Shown here: positions 8,002 through 15,877 of the stretch, one piece after another
Position numbering within the stretch: position 1 is the first letter of the stretch
Layout of the letters: each line of letters opens with the position of its first letter
DNA from: a virus
Strand: one strand, 5' to 3'
Virus record (IMG/VR): IMGVR_UViG_3300044952_000182
Span: 1,578 to 65,577 of that record
Length of the DNA: 64,000 nucleotides
The notes under the pieces: model-generated
What the model saw: the letters and a program-made list of their open reading frames with translations, nothing else
Told to the model about the DNA's origin: nothing
The model's database searches: none
Position numbers and translations under genes: made by a program

Positions 8002-8808
8002 ATGGCAAATAGCAACAATAGATTAAAAGCATATGTACGTTACGATGGTACAGGACGTGTCATAGCAGGTAGCTTGATCTTACAAAGATTCAAACCACAA
8101 GTGGGTAATTGGGTGGAGATAGATGCAAATGAGTGTTGTAATTATGTTCCAACAACCACTACAACTACGTCTTCTACTAGTACTAGTACAAGCACTTCTA
8201 CAAGCACTTCTACAAGTACTACAACAAGTACATCTACTTCTACAAGTACAAGCACTTCTACAAGTACAACAACAACAACAACAACAGCTGCACCAGCAGA
8301 ATGTCCTGAAGATTATACAATTGGTCAAGCTGCATTAGGTGGTAAAATTGCATACATCCTACAATCAGGTGACCCAGGATATGATTCAAATTTACAACAA
8401 GGATTAGTAGCTACAATAGCAGATATTTCAACAGGAGCAGCATGGGGATGTTTTGGAACAGCAATTGCAGGAGCAGATGGTACAGCTATTGGTACTGGTA
8501 ATCAAAATACTATAGATATTATGGCTGGTTGTGCTACAGCAGGTATTGCAGCTAGACTTTGTGGTGATTTAGTTCAGGGAGGATATTCTGATTGGTATTT
8601 ACCTAGTCAAGATGAATTAAATAAATTATACCTAAATAGAGTAGCTATTGGTGGTTTTACGAATAACGGCTATTGGAGTTCTACGGAGTACGCCACCATC
8701 TTCGCGTGGGACCAGAATTTCCTCACTGGCAGTCAGGACGGCAGCGATAAGACCTTCCCAAACTATGTTCGCGCCATTAGGGCTTTTGCATGTACAATTC
8801 CTAGATAA
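8002..8808 (+). CDS. mucin-like linker protein with C-terminal DUF1566 (Lcl C-terminal / Fib_succ_major-type) domain
   Basis: Same N-domain as 7702..7989, then a long T/(ST)n linker. C-terminal GGYSDWYLPSQDELNKLYLN...GYWSSTEY...YVRAIRAF matches the DUF1566 signature (DWRLPt.dEL..L ... yWSSt ... vRcVR). Confidence 0.65.
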   Translation: MANSNNRLKAYVRYDGTGRVIAGSLILQRFKPQVGNWVEIDANECCNYVPTTTTTTSSTSTSTSTSTSTSTSTTTSTSTSTSTSTSTSTTTTTTTAAPAECPEDYTIGQAALGGKIAYILQSGDPGYDSNLQQGLVATIADISTGAAWGCFGTAIAGADGTAIGTGNQNTIDIMAGCATAGIAARLCGDLVQGGYSDWYLPSQDELNKLYLNRVAIGGFTNNGYWSSTEYATIFAWDQNFLTGSQDGSDKTFPNYVRAIRAFACTIPR

Positions 8809-8823
8809 TAAAACTAAAACAGC

Positions 8824-9228
8824 ATGGCAAAATCATTATTCCCTGATGAGATGATGAAATCAGGAGAATTAAACTTGGAAACAATAGCTGGGAAGCTTAC
8901 ATATTTCCATGAGCAACTACATCTATTGCATTGGCAGACAACTAGTTATGCACAGCACAAGGCTCTTGGAAAGTTATATGAATATGTACAAGATTTTAAA
9001 GATGGTGTTGTTGAGAAGCTTATGGGTTATACAGGTAAACGTCCTGGTGCAATTAAACTAGAACAATTAACAGCTACAGATCCTAATGCAGTTGTCACAG
9101 CACTAATGGACTTCTCTAGTAACTTAAAAGCATATGGTGAGACTAATAAATTTCATGATATAGCTAATTTAGCTGATGCCTTAAGTGGTGAAGCTGCAAA
9201 AACTAAATACTTATTAACCTTGTCTTAA
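8824..9228 (+). CDS. hypothetical protein
   Basis: Compact MA-start ORF in a tightly packed plus-strand operon. Confidence 0.5.
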   Translation: MAKSLFPDEMMKSGELNLETIAGKLTYFHEQLHLLHWQTTSYAQHKALGKLYEYVQDFKDGVVEKLMGYTGKRPGAIKLEQLTATDPNAVVTALMDFSSNLKAYGETNKFHDIANLADALSGEAAKTKYLLTLS

Positions 9229-9518
9229 TGCAAATTAACAAGAAATTCTTTCCTGAGGTGATGCAAGATAATGAACTTGCTTATTTTGCTCACCTTGAAG
9301 GAATTATATCATCAGTTGATGAACTTTCTACGTTAGAGGTCACTAAGAACCCTCTATCGTATCACTTTAGATTAGCTCCATCATTGCCTATGTATAATGA
9401 GATGTTGTTACAGGAGATATTAAAACTACACAACCTGTTCAAGATTAAGCTAAACTTAAGTAAAAGTATTAAGAGTTCTGCAACTATAACATTTGAAATA
9501 AATTTGGAGGATACGTAA
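9228..9518 (+). CDS. hypothetical protein
   Basis: ORF with ATGA-type overlap to the previous gene. Confidence 0.45.
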   Translation: MQINKKFFPEVMQDNELAYFAHLEGIISSVDELSTLEVTKNPLSYHFRLAPSLPMYNEMLLQEILKLHNLFKIKLNLSKSIKSSATITFEINLEDT

Positions 9519-9558
9519 AACATACATATCTTCGTGACTAAACCAAAAATATAATTAT

Positions 9559-9831
9559 ATGGCAGAGATTATCAATTTCGAAGACGTTGCTAACCAAGCA
9601 TCTCAAGGTCCTAAGTTTGATCCAAAAAAGAAGTACACATGGTCTCCAGAGACAGTGTTTACAATTAATGGTCATGAATTTGGACTGTTATTGAACACAT
9701 TACGTTCTATTACAAGCACAAAGGAAGCACAGACTATTATCCTAGCACATGAAGCTGGTGATGCTCTTGAAAAGACATTATCAAGTGCAGTTGAAACAGG
9801 TATAGTGGTTGAACTTCCAGAAAACAAATAA
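9559..9831 (+). CDS. hypothetical protein
   Basis: MAEIINFEDV...; compact operon context. Confidence 0.45.
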   Translation: MAEIINFEDVANQASQGPKFDPKKKYTWSPETVFTINGHEFGLLLNTLRSITSTKEAQTIILAHEAGDALEKTLSSAVETGIVVELPENK

Positions 9832-9835
9832 GATT

Positions 9836-10201
9836 ATGGCAACAATTAAAAAAGCTCAATCTGGTATTACAAAAAGAGGAATGGCAGGTATGAAAAAACT
9901 TCCTTCTCTTAATCCTAAAATGGTTCCAGGTGAAATGACTGGTAAAATGTACAAGAAGTCTGAACTTGATGAGATTGGTAGAAAACAAGCTGCAGAATTA
10001 GATAAAGTTTCTATGCTTGGTAAAGCTGCTATGGCTAAGAAGAAGGCTCCTAAAGCTAAGAATGGTATGTTAAAGCGTGCTGATGGTTCATATTCTAAAA
10101 GAGGATTATGGGATAATATCAGGAATGCTAAAGGATCTGGAAAGAAGCCTACAGCTGCCATGTTAAAACAAGAGAAGAAAATTAAAGCTAAAACAAAATA
10201 A
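9836..10201 (+). CDS. lysine-rich basic protein, paralog family member 1
   Basis: Track ORF 9809 trimmed to MATIKKAQSG at 9836. Extremely K/A/G-rich. Shares KKAQ(S/D)G and KAKNG motifs with 11164..11532. Confidence 0.55.
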   Translation: MATIKKAQSGITKRGMAGMKKLPSLNPKMVPGEMTGKMYKKSELDEIGRKQAAELDKVSMLGKAAMAKKKAPKAKNGMLKRADGSYSKRGLWDNIRNAKGSGKKPTAAMLKQEKKIKAKTK

Positions 10202-10203
10202 TA

Positions 10204-10548
10204 ATGGCAAAGATTAAAAAATCTGGTATGGGTAGCATGTCAGGCTTAGATGCTTCTGATAAGCGTGTAGGTCCTATTGACCCACAAGGTGCTTGGACTA
10301 AAGTTCAAGAGGCTACTTTAGCAGGTGCTAGAATGAAAGCTACTTTAAAGAGAGATAAAGAACTAGGTGCTACTAAGATGGCAAAGAATGGACGTTCTGA
10401 AATGCAATTTGGTCTTAACAAGAAACAAAAAGCATCAAAAGAAGTTAATCCAGCAGGTTTTAGAAAAGCAGCATTAAAGCGTGAATCTGAACTAGTTGAG
10501 AAGCGTAGTGGTGAAATGGCTCCTAAGTTGAAATCTAAAAAGAAGTAA
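10204..10548 (+). CDS. lysine-rich basic protein, paralog family member 2
   Basis: MAKIKKSGMG...; K-rich low-complexity small protein; 2-nt gap to the previous gene. Confidence 0.55.
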   Translation: MAKIKKSGMGSMSGLDASDKRVGPIDPQGAWTKVQEATLAGARMKATLKRDKELGATKMAKNGRSEMQFGLNKKQKASKEVNPAGFRKAALKRESELVEKRSGEMAPKLKSKKK

Positions 10549-10551
10549 GAT

Positions 10552-10704
10552 ATGGCAACAGCTAAAAAGAATTGGATACAAGATGCTGTTAACCCTAAGC
10601 ATAAAGGTTATTGCACTCCTATGACCAAAGCTACATGTACTCCTAAGCGTAAAGCTTTAGCTAAGACATTCAAAGCAATGGGTAGAGCTAGAAAAGGAAA
10701 ATAA
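10552..10704 (+). CDS. small basic protein (50 aa)
   Basis: MATAKKNWIQDAVNPKHKGYCTPMTKATCTPKRKALAKTFKAMGRARKGK; below the track cutoff; exactly fills the gap between 10548 and 10706. Confidence 0.45.
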   Translation: MATAKKNWIQDAVNPKHKGYCTPMTKATCTPKRKALAKTFKAMGRARKGK

Positions 10705-10705
10705 T

Positions 10706-11143
10706 ATGGCTAAGATACCTAAGACAAAAGTATATAATCCACAGAAGGCTGAAGCCTATGTAGGTAAAGATGTTCTCAGAAATGGAGATACATTAAGTCC
10801 TATCAAAGGATCTATAACACCTGTTCCTAATGGTCATCTAATTAAAAAAGATGGTACATCGTTAAAGAATGGTGGTAAAACACCAGCCTGGACTCGTTCT
10901 GAAGGGAAAGATCCAAAAGGTGGTCTTAATAGAAAAGGTGTAGCTTCTTATAGAAGAGCTAATCCAGGATCTAAATTAAAGATGGCTGTTACAACCAAAC
11001 CTTCTAAACTTAAAGCTGGTTCTAAAGCAGCAGGTAGACGTAAGTCTTTTTGTGCTCGTATGTCAGGAGTCAAGGGTCCTGCAAAGAAACCTAATGGTGA
11101 ACCAACAAGAAAAACGTTAGCATTAAGAAAATGGAATTGTTAA
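10706..11143 (+). CDS. lysine-rich basic protein, paralog family member 3
   Basis: MAKIPKTKVY...; K/G-rich; C-terminus ...RKTLALRKWNC. Confidence 0.55.
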   Translation: MAKIPKTKVYNPQKAEAYVGKDVLRNGDTLSPIKGSITPVPNGHLIKKDGTSLKNGGKTPAWTRSEGKDPKGGLNRKGVASYRRANPGSKLKMAVTTKPSKLKAGSKAAGRRKSFCARMSGVKGPAKKPNGEPTRKTLALRKWNC

Positions 11144-11163
11144 AAAATTAAAATTATAATAAG

Positions 11164-11532
11164 ATGGCAAAGATGGTAAAAAAAGCTCAAGATGGTATGG
11201 AATCTCCTTTAAAATCAAGGATTGCACCAAAAGGACCAGCTTTAAGAGAAGGTCAAATAAAGCGTATGGATAGAATCTATAAATCTAATCCTGATAGAGC
11301 TATTAAAGTAGGTAAAAGAATGTTAAAAAGAGCTAATGCTAAAGCTGAACCTATTATGAAAAAAGGTGGTAAAGCTAAGAATGGTACATCATTTGGTATG
11401 TTATCAGTGAAAGCTGGTATTGACAAAAACCCAAAACCTACAGCAGCAGATAGAATTGCAGGTGCTAAGAAACAAGCTAAGTCTGGTACAAAAATGATGA
11501 AAAAAGGTGGCAAATGTAAAAATGGTTGCTAA
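11164..11532 (+). CDS. lysine-rich basic protein, paralog family member 4
   Basis: MAKMVKKAQDG...KAKNG...KKGGKCKNGC; clear paralog of 9836..10201. Confidence 0.55.
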   Translation: MAKMVKKAQDGMESPLKSRIAPKGPALREGQIKRMDRIYKSNPDRAIKVGKRMLKRANAKAEPIMKKGGKAKNGTSFGMLSVKAGIDKNPKPTAADRIAGAKKQAKSGTKMMKKGGKCKNGC

Positions 11533-11738
11533 TGAAATCAGCTAAAGTAAGCAGCAAACAAGCAAAGTCAGTAAAGCCAATGACTGCAGGGAAAGCTAAA
11601 GGATCAGGTACACCAAGACCAGCTCCAAAGGTGGCTCCTCCTAAACCAGTCAATGGTAATTATATGAAGGAAGCTGATACACCTCTTAGATTAAAAAGTA
11701 AGAATTGGCCTCTTAAACAAAAGAGGTTATCAAAATAA
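11526..11738 (+). CDS. lysine-rich basic protein, paralog family member 5
   Basis: MLMKSAKVSSKQAKSVKPMTAGKAKGSG...; K/P-rich. Confidence 0.45.
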   Translation: MLMKSAKVSSKQAKSVKPMTAGKAKGSGTPRPAPKVAPPKPVNGNYMKEADTPLRLKSKNWPLKQKRLSK

Positions 11739-11848
11739 CTGTCTTCTCCTGCATCCCTCGCTCTGCACGCTCAGGTTGTGGTAACTCAGTCTAGAATGAG
11801 CCCCTTAAAGAAGAATTTTCCCCCCTATAGTCTCAGTATTATAGGTCT

Positions 11849-11882
11849 AAAAAAGCCTCCCTTAAAAAAGGAGGCTTTTTTT
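11849..11882. terminator. bidirectional rho-independent terminator
   Basis: AAAAAGCCTCC-cttaaaaaa-GGAGGC-TTTTTTT: a 6-bp GC stem with an A-run upstream and a T-run downstream. Lies between the convergent plus-strand K-rich operon and the minus-strand gene 11881..12417. Confidence 0.6.
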
Positions 11883-12417
11883 ATGATACTAATGAATTGT
11901 ATACAGATAGTATCTTGTTTATGTAATGTTTATTCTTTGCTTTTTTATAACAGTTCTCAGCAAATACACCATCAGCATCTCTCCTTGATAGAACAAATCT
12001 TTCTTGATTCACTATAGATGTATGTACAATGAAGTTATGGCTATCTACATAGCTTAACTTAATTATGTTTCCATACAATCTATGTACACCACTGTTCCAC
12101 AGTTGATCAAATGATATAAAATCATTGTTTAAGTCTTTGATATTGTCCCACAACTCTGGATGCATAGTTGTATCATCATCGTTGAAATATATCCAACCCT
12201 CTGTTACTAGATTAATTGCTAGGTTTCTTTGTGCATTTCCACATACGCTTTTTACATCCTTTATACAATAAGCTTCACATTCAGGAATATCAGTTGGAAT
12301 AGTCTCTGAATCAAACACAACAATCCATCTGTAATTTTCTTTAGGTATGTTAATGCTTTCTGCAATTCTATGTAAAAAATGAGGTCTACTACAAGGAGTG
12401 ATAATATTTAAGAACAT
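11881..12417 (-). CDS. glycosyltransferase-like protein (GT-A-type, DDD motif)
   Basis: MFLNIITPCSRPHFL...WIYFNDDDTTMHPELW resembles the N-terminal beta strand and DxD region of GT-A fold transferases. Confidence 0.4.
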   Translation of the reverse strand: MFLNIITPCSRPHFLHRIAESINIPKENYRWIVVFDSETIPTDIPECEAYCIKDVKSVCGNAQRNLAINLVTEGWIYFNDDDTTMHPELWDNIKDLNNDFISFDQLWNSGVHRLYGNIIKLSYVDSHNFIVHTSIVNQERFVLSRRDADGVFAENCYKKAKNKHYINKILSVYNSLVS

Positions 12418-13061
12418 GGTTTGTCATTTCTATGTAAAACTAAAAGCTTATCATTGTCCCAACCTGGAGAAAACTTTAACTCATGATTAGCCATAATAAA
12501 TGTAGCAGATGAGAAGTATTCTTTAATGTGATCCATGGCTTCCATGTATCTGTTTTCATCTTCTCTAAGGAAGATATCTTCGATGATGATTATACCTCCT
12601 GGCTTAACACATTTGTATGCTATGTTTAAAAATCTAATCTGATCTTCAAACACGTGTGTAGAATCTTCTATGATTATGTCAAAGAAGTTATTTTTGTTGA
12701 ACACATTGTTAAGAGACTGTTCACTGGTAACATCTACATGAGTGTATGTAGCATTGTTAAGATTATCACGTATTCCTTTTTGCAACTTATCATCATGATA
12801 TTCATAACCAAACAATGTTGCATTAGGGAAGTACTCTCTCCAACATAACATAGAATGATTATCTAATATACCCACTTCACCTATTGTAATCTCTTTGTAA
12901 CGAAGATTTGAAAACAATAAGTTATATATGGAAGTGTAAGCATGTCTATGTAAATGAGGATGGTTATGATAAGGACACTTGTCTGTAGGATACTTAACAG
13001 CAAGTTTACACAAGTCTGTATTAGAATGTGTAGAGTCAATACTTAGTCTATTTATTTGCAT
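12408..13061 (-). CDS. class I SAM-dependent methyltransferase
   Basis: ITIGEVGILDNHSM (motif I-like) ... CVKPGGIIIIEDI (post-II); Rossmann-fold methyltransferase pattern. Confidence 0.65.
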   Translation of the reverse strand: MQINRLSIDSTHSNTDLCKLAVKYPTDKCPYHNHPHLHRHAYTSIYNLLFSNLRYKEITIGEVGILDNHSMLCWREYFPNATLFGYEYHDDKLQKGIRDNLNNATYTHVDVTSEQSLNNVFNKNNFFDIIIEDSTHVFEDQIRFLNIAYKCVKPGGIIIIEDIFLREDENRYMEAMDHIKEYFSSATFIMANHELKFSPGWDNDKLLVLHRNDKPCS

Positions 13062-13803
13062 TGATAAAATCTTTTAACAATTCTGAATAATCTTTATCCC
13101 AATGAGGATTTAGTTTAACTTCTCCTGTAGGAATCTTTCCTAAACGTCTTTCAGATTCAATGTGAGCACTGTGTCTTTGTATAGCATTGAGTTTTTTAGG
13201 ATGGTCTGTACCTTCTCCACTCATGTGGTATCCTCTTCCTCCCCACATGTAAAACCAGCTAGCTTCTTCTTTAGGTGGAGTAGCAAATAGTCTACCTCCA
13301 TGTTTATGTAGTCTTTCAATGAAAGTCATATCATATCCAGCATTTTCAAGAGGATGTCCCCCTATTGCTTTCCAAGCTGCTTTTCTAAACACAAGACCAG
13401 AATTACCTATCCAACCAACTTGCTCAATACCTGTAATGTGACACAACACACCTATTTGCCAATGAAGTATGTTAACTTCTTCTGTCATGTATTTAGCTAC
13501 ATTCTTTAAATGGTGTGGTAGAGCTACGTCATCATCGTCCCATTGACATATAATATCTCCTTGACACAGTTCTGTAGCAAAGTTTTCTTTCTCTCCTATG
13601 GTCTCAAAGGTCTTAACTAGGTTAACTATCTTAACTTGAGGATGCTCAAATATAAGAGTTTGTAAGGCATAGTCATTTACTATGATAAGTTCGCACTTAT
13701 CTGCAGGGTAGTCCTGCTTGAGGAAAGACTCAATGCTCTCCTCAAGCGTACTAACCCTTCCATAAGTTATACACTTACATGATATAAATGGATGTGAGTT
13801 CAT
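13048..13803 (-). CDS. glycosyltransferase family 2
   Basis: ISCKCITYGRVSTLEESIESFLKQDYP..CELIIVNDYA and the QWDDDDV DxD-type motif are typical of GT2. Confidence 0.7.
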   Translation of the reverse strand: MNSHPFISCKCITYGRVSTLEESIESFLKQDYPADKCELIIVNDYALQTLIFEHPQVKIVNLVKTFETIGEKENFATELCQGDIICQWDDDDVALPHHLKNVAKYMTEEVNILHWQIGVLCHITGIEQVGWIGNSGLVFRKAAWKAIGGHPLENAGYDMTFIERLHKHGGRLFATPPKEEASWFYMWGGRGYHMSGEGTDHPKKLNAIQRHSAHIESERRLGKIPTGEVKLNPHWDKDYSELLKDFINANK

Positions 13804-13804
13804 A

Positions 13805-14086
13805 TTACCAGATCATTATTACATCAAATGGAGATACTAATAGAACTTGCTCAGTTTCTGATAAGTCTACTAATGGAGCTTTTGCTAAAACACCTGGATC
13901 TACCAACACTACATCTCCTGCTTTTATAGTTGATATAGTATCACCCACTGTGTGTACAGTTAACTTAGAGAACGTCTTAAGCATTTCTCTTTGTAATGAT
14001 TCTTTTGTGTTCTCATCTACAACAATCTTGTTTTCTTCATTTTGCTTTGGCATCTCTAAATAGATGCGATTTCCTAATAGTTTCAT
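13805..14086 (-). CDS. GroES-like co-chaperonin (T4 gp31 analog)
   Basis: MKLLGNRIYLE (cf. GroES LHDRVIVK), IKAGDVVLV (cf. VKVGDIVIF), C-terminal EQVLLVSPFDVIMIW (cf. EVLIMSESDILAIV); 93 aa. Confidence 0.5.
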   Translation of the reverse strand: MKLLGNRIYLEMPKQNEENKIVVDENTKESLQREMLKTFSKLTVHTVGDTISTIKAGDVVLVDPGVLAKAPLVDLSETEQVLLVSPFDVIMIW

Positions 14087-14087
14087 G

Positions 14088-14351
14088 TTATTTATTTGCT
14101 AGGTTATGGAATCTTTCAATGTCGTTACCACTTAATGTGATTTCTGTTTGGAAAGTGTTACGTTCCCTTTTGGAACCAACCACTTTACCATTTTTAACAT
14201 CAGGTACTTGTTCAGAACGCTCATGTATGTCATCTAATACAAGGATTACTTTGTTTTCATCTATTTGCATAGACCTAACTACCTTGTTAATGTTAAAACT
14301 GTCTGTGTAGATCTTTCCATCTACTTCTCTTGTGTAAAAGAATAAATTCAT
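14088..14351 (-). CDS. hypothetical protein
   Basis: Compact ORF, 1-nt spacing to its neighbours. Confidence 0.4.
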   Translation of the reverse strand: MNLFFYTREVDGKIYTDSFNINKVVRSMQIDENKVILVLDDIHERSEQVPDVKNGKVVGSKRERNTFQTEITLSGNDIERFHNLANK

Positions 14352-14352
14352 G

Positions 14353-14613
14353 TTAATTTTGATTTGGGTTATTTAATATTGCCATTCTTTGGACTAAAAC
14401 ACCTTCATACATTTGCATAGATGCTAATTGCTCTTCTAGTAAACGTGAATGTCTGTAGTTTAATGCTTTAAATTCAGAATTCATTGTTATGAAGATTTTT
14501 AACTTTTCAATCTTCTCTGATAATTGAAGTCTTTCAATGTGAAGTTTAGATTGTAAAGGTAAATCTACTTCTTGTTTTTCTTCTGGAACATTATCCCATT
14601 CTGATGCAATCAT
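14353..14613 (-). CDS. hypothetical protein
   Basis: Compact ORF. Confidence 0.4.
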   Translation of the reverse strand: MIASEWDNVPEEKQEVDLPLQSKLHIERLQLSEKIEKLKIFITMNSEFKALNYRHSRLLEEQLASMQMYEGVLVQRMAILNNPNQN

Positions 14614-15065
14614 TTGGTTATATTTATTTGGTTATAAAAAGAATTTGTTAAATGTTGCACTTCATATGCAAACGCTTCCTCTGTATCTGAATTAAGTCCC
14701 ATACCTACCCAGTACATTATGTTCAAAGTTGTATGAAATATCTCATGTGCTATGACACCTTGATCTTCTGTGTTAGCCATCCATATGATAGGAGACTTAC
14801 CATCTATTGTAGAAAATGATACAGCTCTAGCATCAAAGTCTGCAGATGTCACTGTACTATCTAAGTTCTCACGTACATATTTAGTGGCAAATGCTATGTC
14901 TTCTGTAATAAGAACTTTGACATCAAGATCAAACGTGTCTCCTTTTAATATAAAGAGTTGATACTTAGTAGTTAGTTCAGATGGTGCAATCTCTGTAAGT
15001 TTAAATACAGTAAATATTACCACTCCTGCTAATGTTAGACCAATTGCCCAATTAACTAATTTCAT
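14610..15065 (-). CDS. membrane-anchored HExxH zinc-metallopeptidase-like protein
   Basis: N-terminal TM segment LAGVVIFTVF; VIAHEIFHT (HExxH) with a downstream Glu (TEEAFAYE) fits a gluzincin-type active site. Confidence 0.5.
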   Translation of the reverse strand: MKLVNWAIGLTLAGVVIFTVFKLTEIAPSELTTKYQLFILKGDTFDLDVKVLITEDIAFATKYVRENLDSTVTSADFDARAVSFSTIDGKSPIIWMANTEDQGVIAHEIFHTTLNIMYWVGMGLNSDTEEAFAYEVQHLTNSFYNQINITK

Positions 15066-15480
15066 ATTTCTTTTTTAATAGTTCACGTCTTTTGTTTACT
15101 TCTTCATATCTTGTTGGGTCCATCTCTACCTGGTCATGTTCTTCCCATGTCAAAAGTATAATATTTTCTTCATCTAAACTAGCTTCAGGATATTTTTCTT
15201 TTGGTAAAATGTGATGGAAATAAACTGAAAGGGGCTCCCCAACTAAAGGGAGTCCACTAACTTCAGATAAATGTAGTCTCTTCTTCCATATTTGTAAGAA
15301 AAACTCTCTCATTTCTTTAATTCTATCAGCCATCATTTCATCATATATCTCTTTAGCAACCCCAGATAGTTTTACCTTTCTCATGGGTTTACCATTTGAC
15401 ATAAGTTGTTTTCTAGGCTTGTGCTTAAAACAGTATTCTCCCTCACAGTTTTTACCACATGTCTTACATTGTGCTTTCAT
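15052..15480 (-). CDS. zinc-ribbon protein
   Basis: N-terminal CKTCGKNCEGEYC four-Cys cluster. Confidence 0.4.
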   Translation of the reverse strand: MKAQCKTCGKNCEGEYCFKHKPRKQLMSNGKPMRKVKLSGVAKEIYDEMMADRIKEMREFFLQIWKKRLHLSEVSGLPLVGEPLSVYFHHILPKEKYPEASLDEENIILLTWEEHDQVEMDPTRYEEVNKRRELLKKKYEIS

Positions 15481-15658
15481 TACATTGTTGATGCTGTAGT
15501 TAATGTATATGAGTTAGATGTAGGAGCACTGCTAGCTGTAAATGTATTTATTACATTATTTGTACTATAAGTGCCTCCACATACGTATTGTCCAACATTA
15601 GTTCCATTCTTGAGGTATCTATCGCTAGATCCCCTGTTGGTGTAATAAGATGGAACAT

Positions 15659-15859
15659 TTAAAAATTTCTTACCAAGATTTGAACGTTATCTGAGTTCTC
15701 AGCAAACTCTTCAGGAATTTCTCTAGTAATTTTAAACACAAGGTCTTTCTCTGATTTTGCTAAGGCAAACTTAGGTTCAATGATAATTTGTGAATCTACA
15801 TAATTGTCATCTGTGTCATGCTTGTGAAAAAGCACTGTGTACTGGAATAAACTTTTCAT
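15659..15859 (-). CDS. hypothetical protein
   Basis: Small ORF in the minus-strand operon. Confidence 0.3.
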   Translation of the reverse strand: MKSLFQYTVLFHKHDTDDNYVDSQIIIEPKFALAKSEKDLVFKITREIPEEFAENSDNVQILVRNF

Positions 15860-15877
15860 TTTTGTTTATTTTAATTG

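Noticed and set aside
7702-8300. Possible diversity-generating retroelement (template/variable repeat pair) suggested by the duplicated N-domain plus repeat region.
   Set aside because: The two copies differ at many positions with no adenine-specific pattern, and no reverse transcriptase gene is present in the window.
8080-8338. ORFs 8080..8328 (-) and 8123..8338 (+) with Cys- or Gln/Leu-rich translations.
   Set aside because: Alternative-frame artefacts of the (ACT/AGT/ACA)n Thr/Ser-coding repeat inside gene 8002..8808.
6486-8808. RiPP/lanthipeptide precursor interpretation of the CC-polyThr ORFs.
   Set aside because: No LanB/LanC/LanM, radical-SAM or YcaO-type maturase is present in the window. 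Poly-Thr tracts of this length are more typical of mucin-like linkers. Kept only as a remark.
9737-11513. Antisense ORFs 9737..9988 (-), 9856..10161 (-) and 11277..11513 (-) opposite the lysine-rich genes.
   Set aside because: AAR-rich sense codons leave the antisense frames free of stops. Their translations are low-complexity, and the sense genes are tightly coupled with MA starts.
11778-12017. Plus-strand ORF 11778..12017 spanning the bidirectional terminator.
   Set aside because: It runs through a strong terminator hairpin and then antisense into the GT-like gene, and has no start context.
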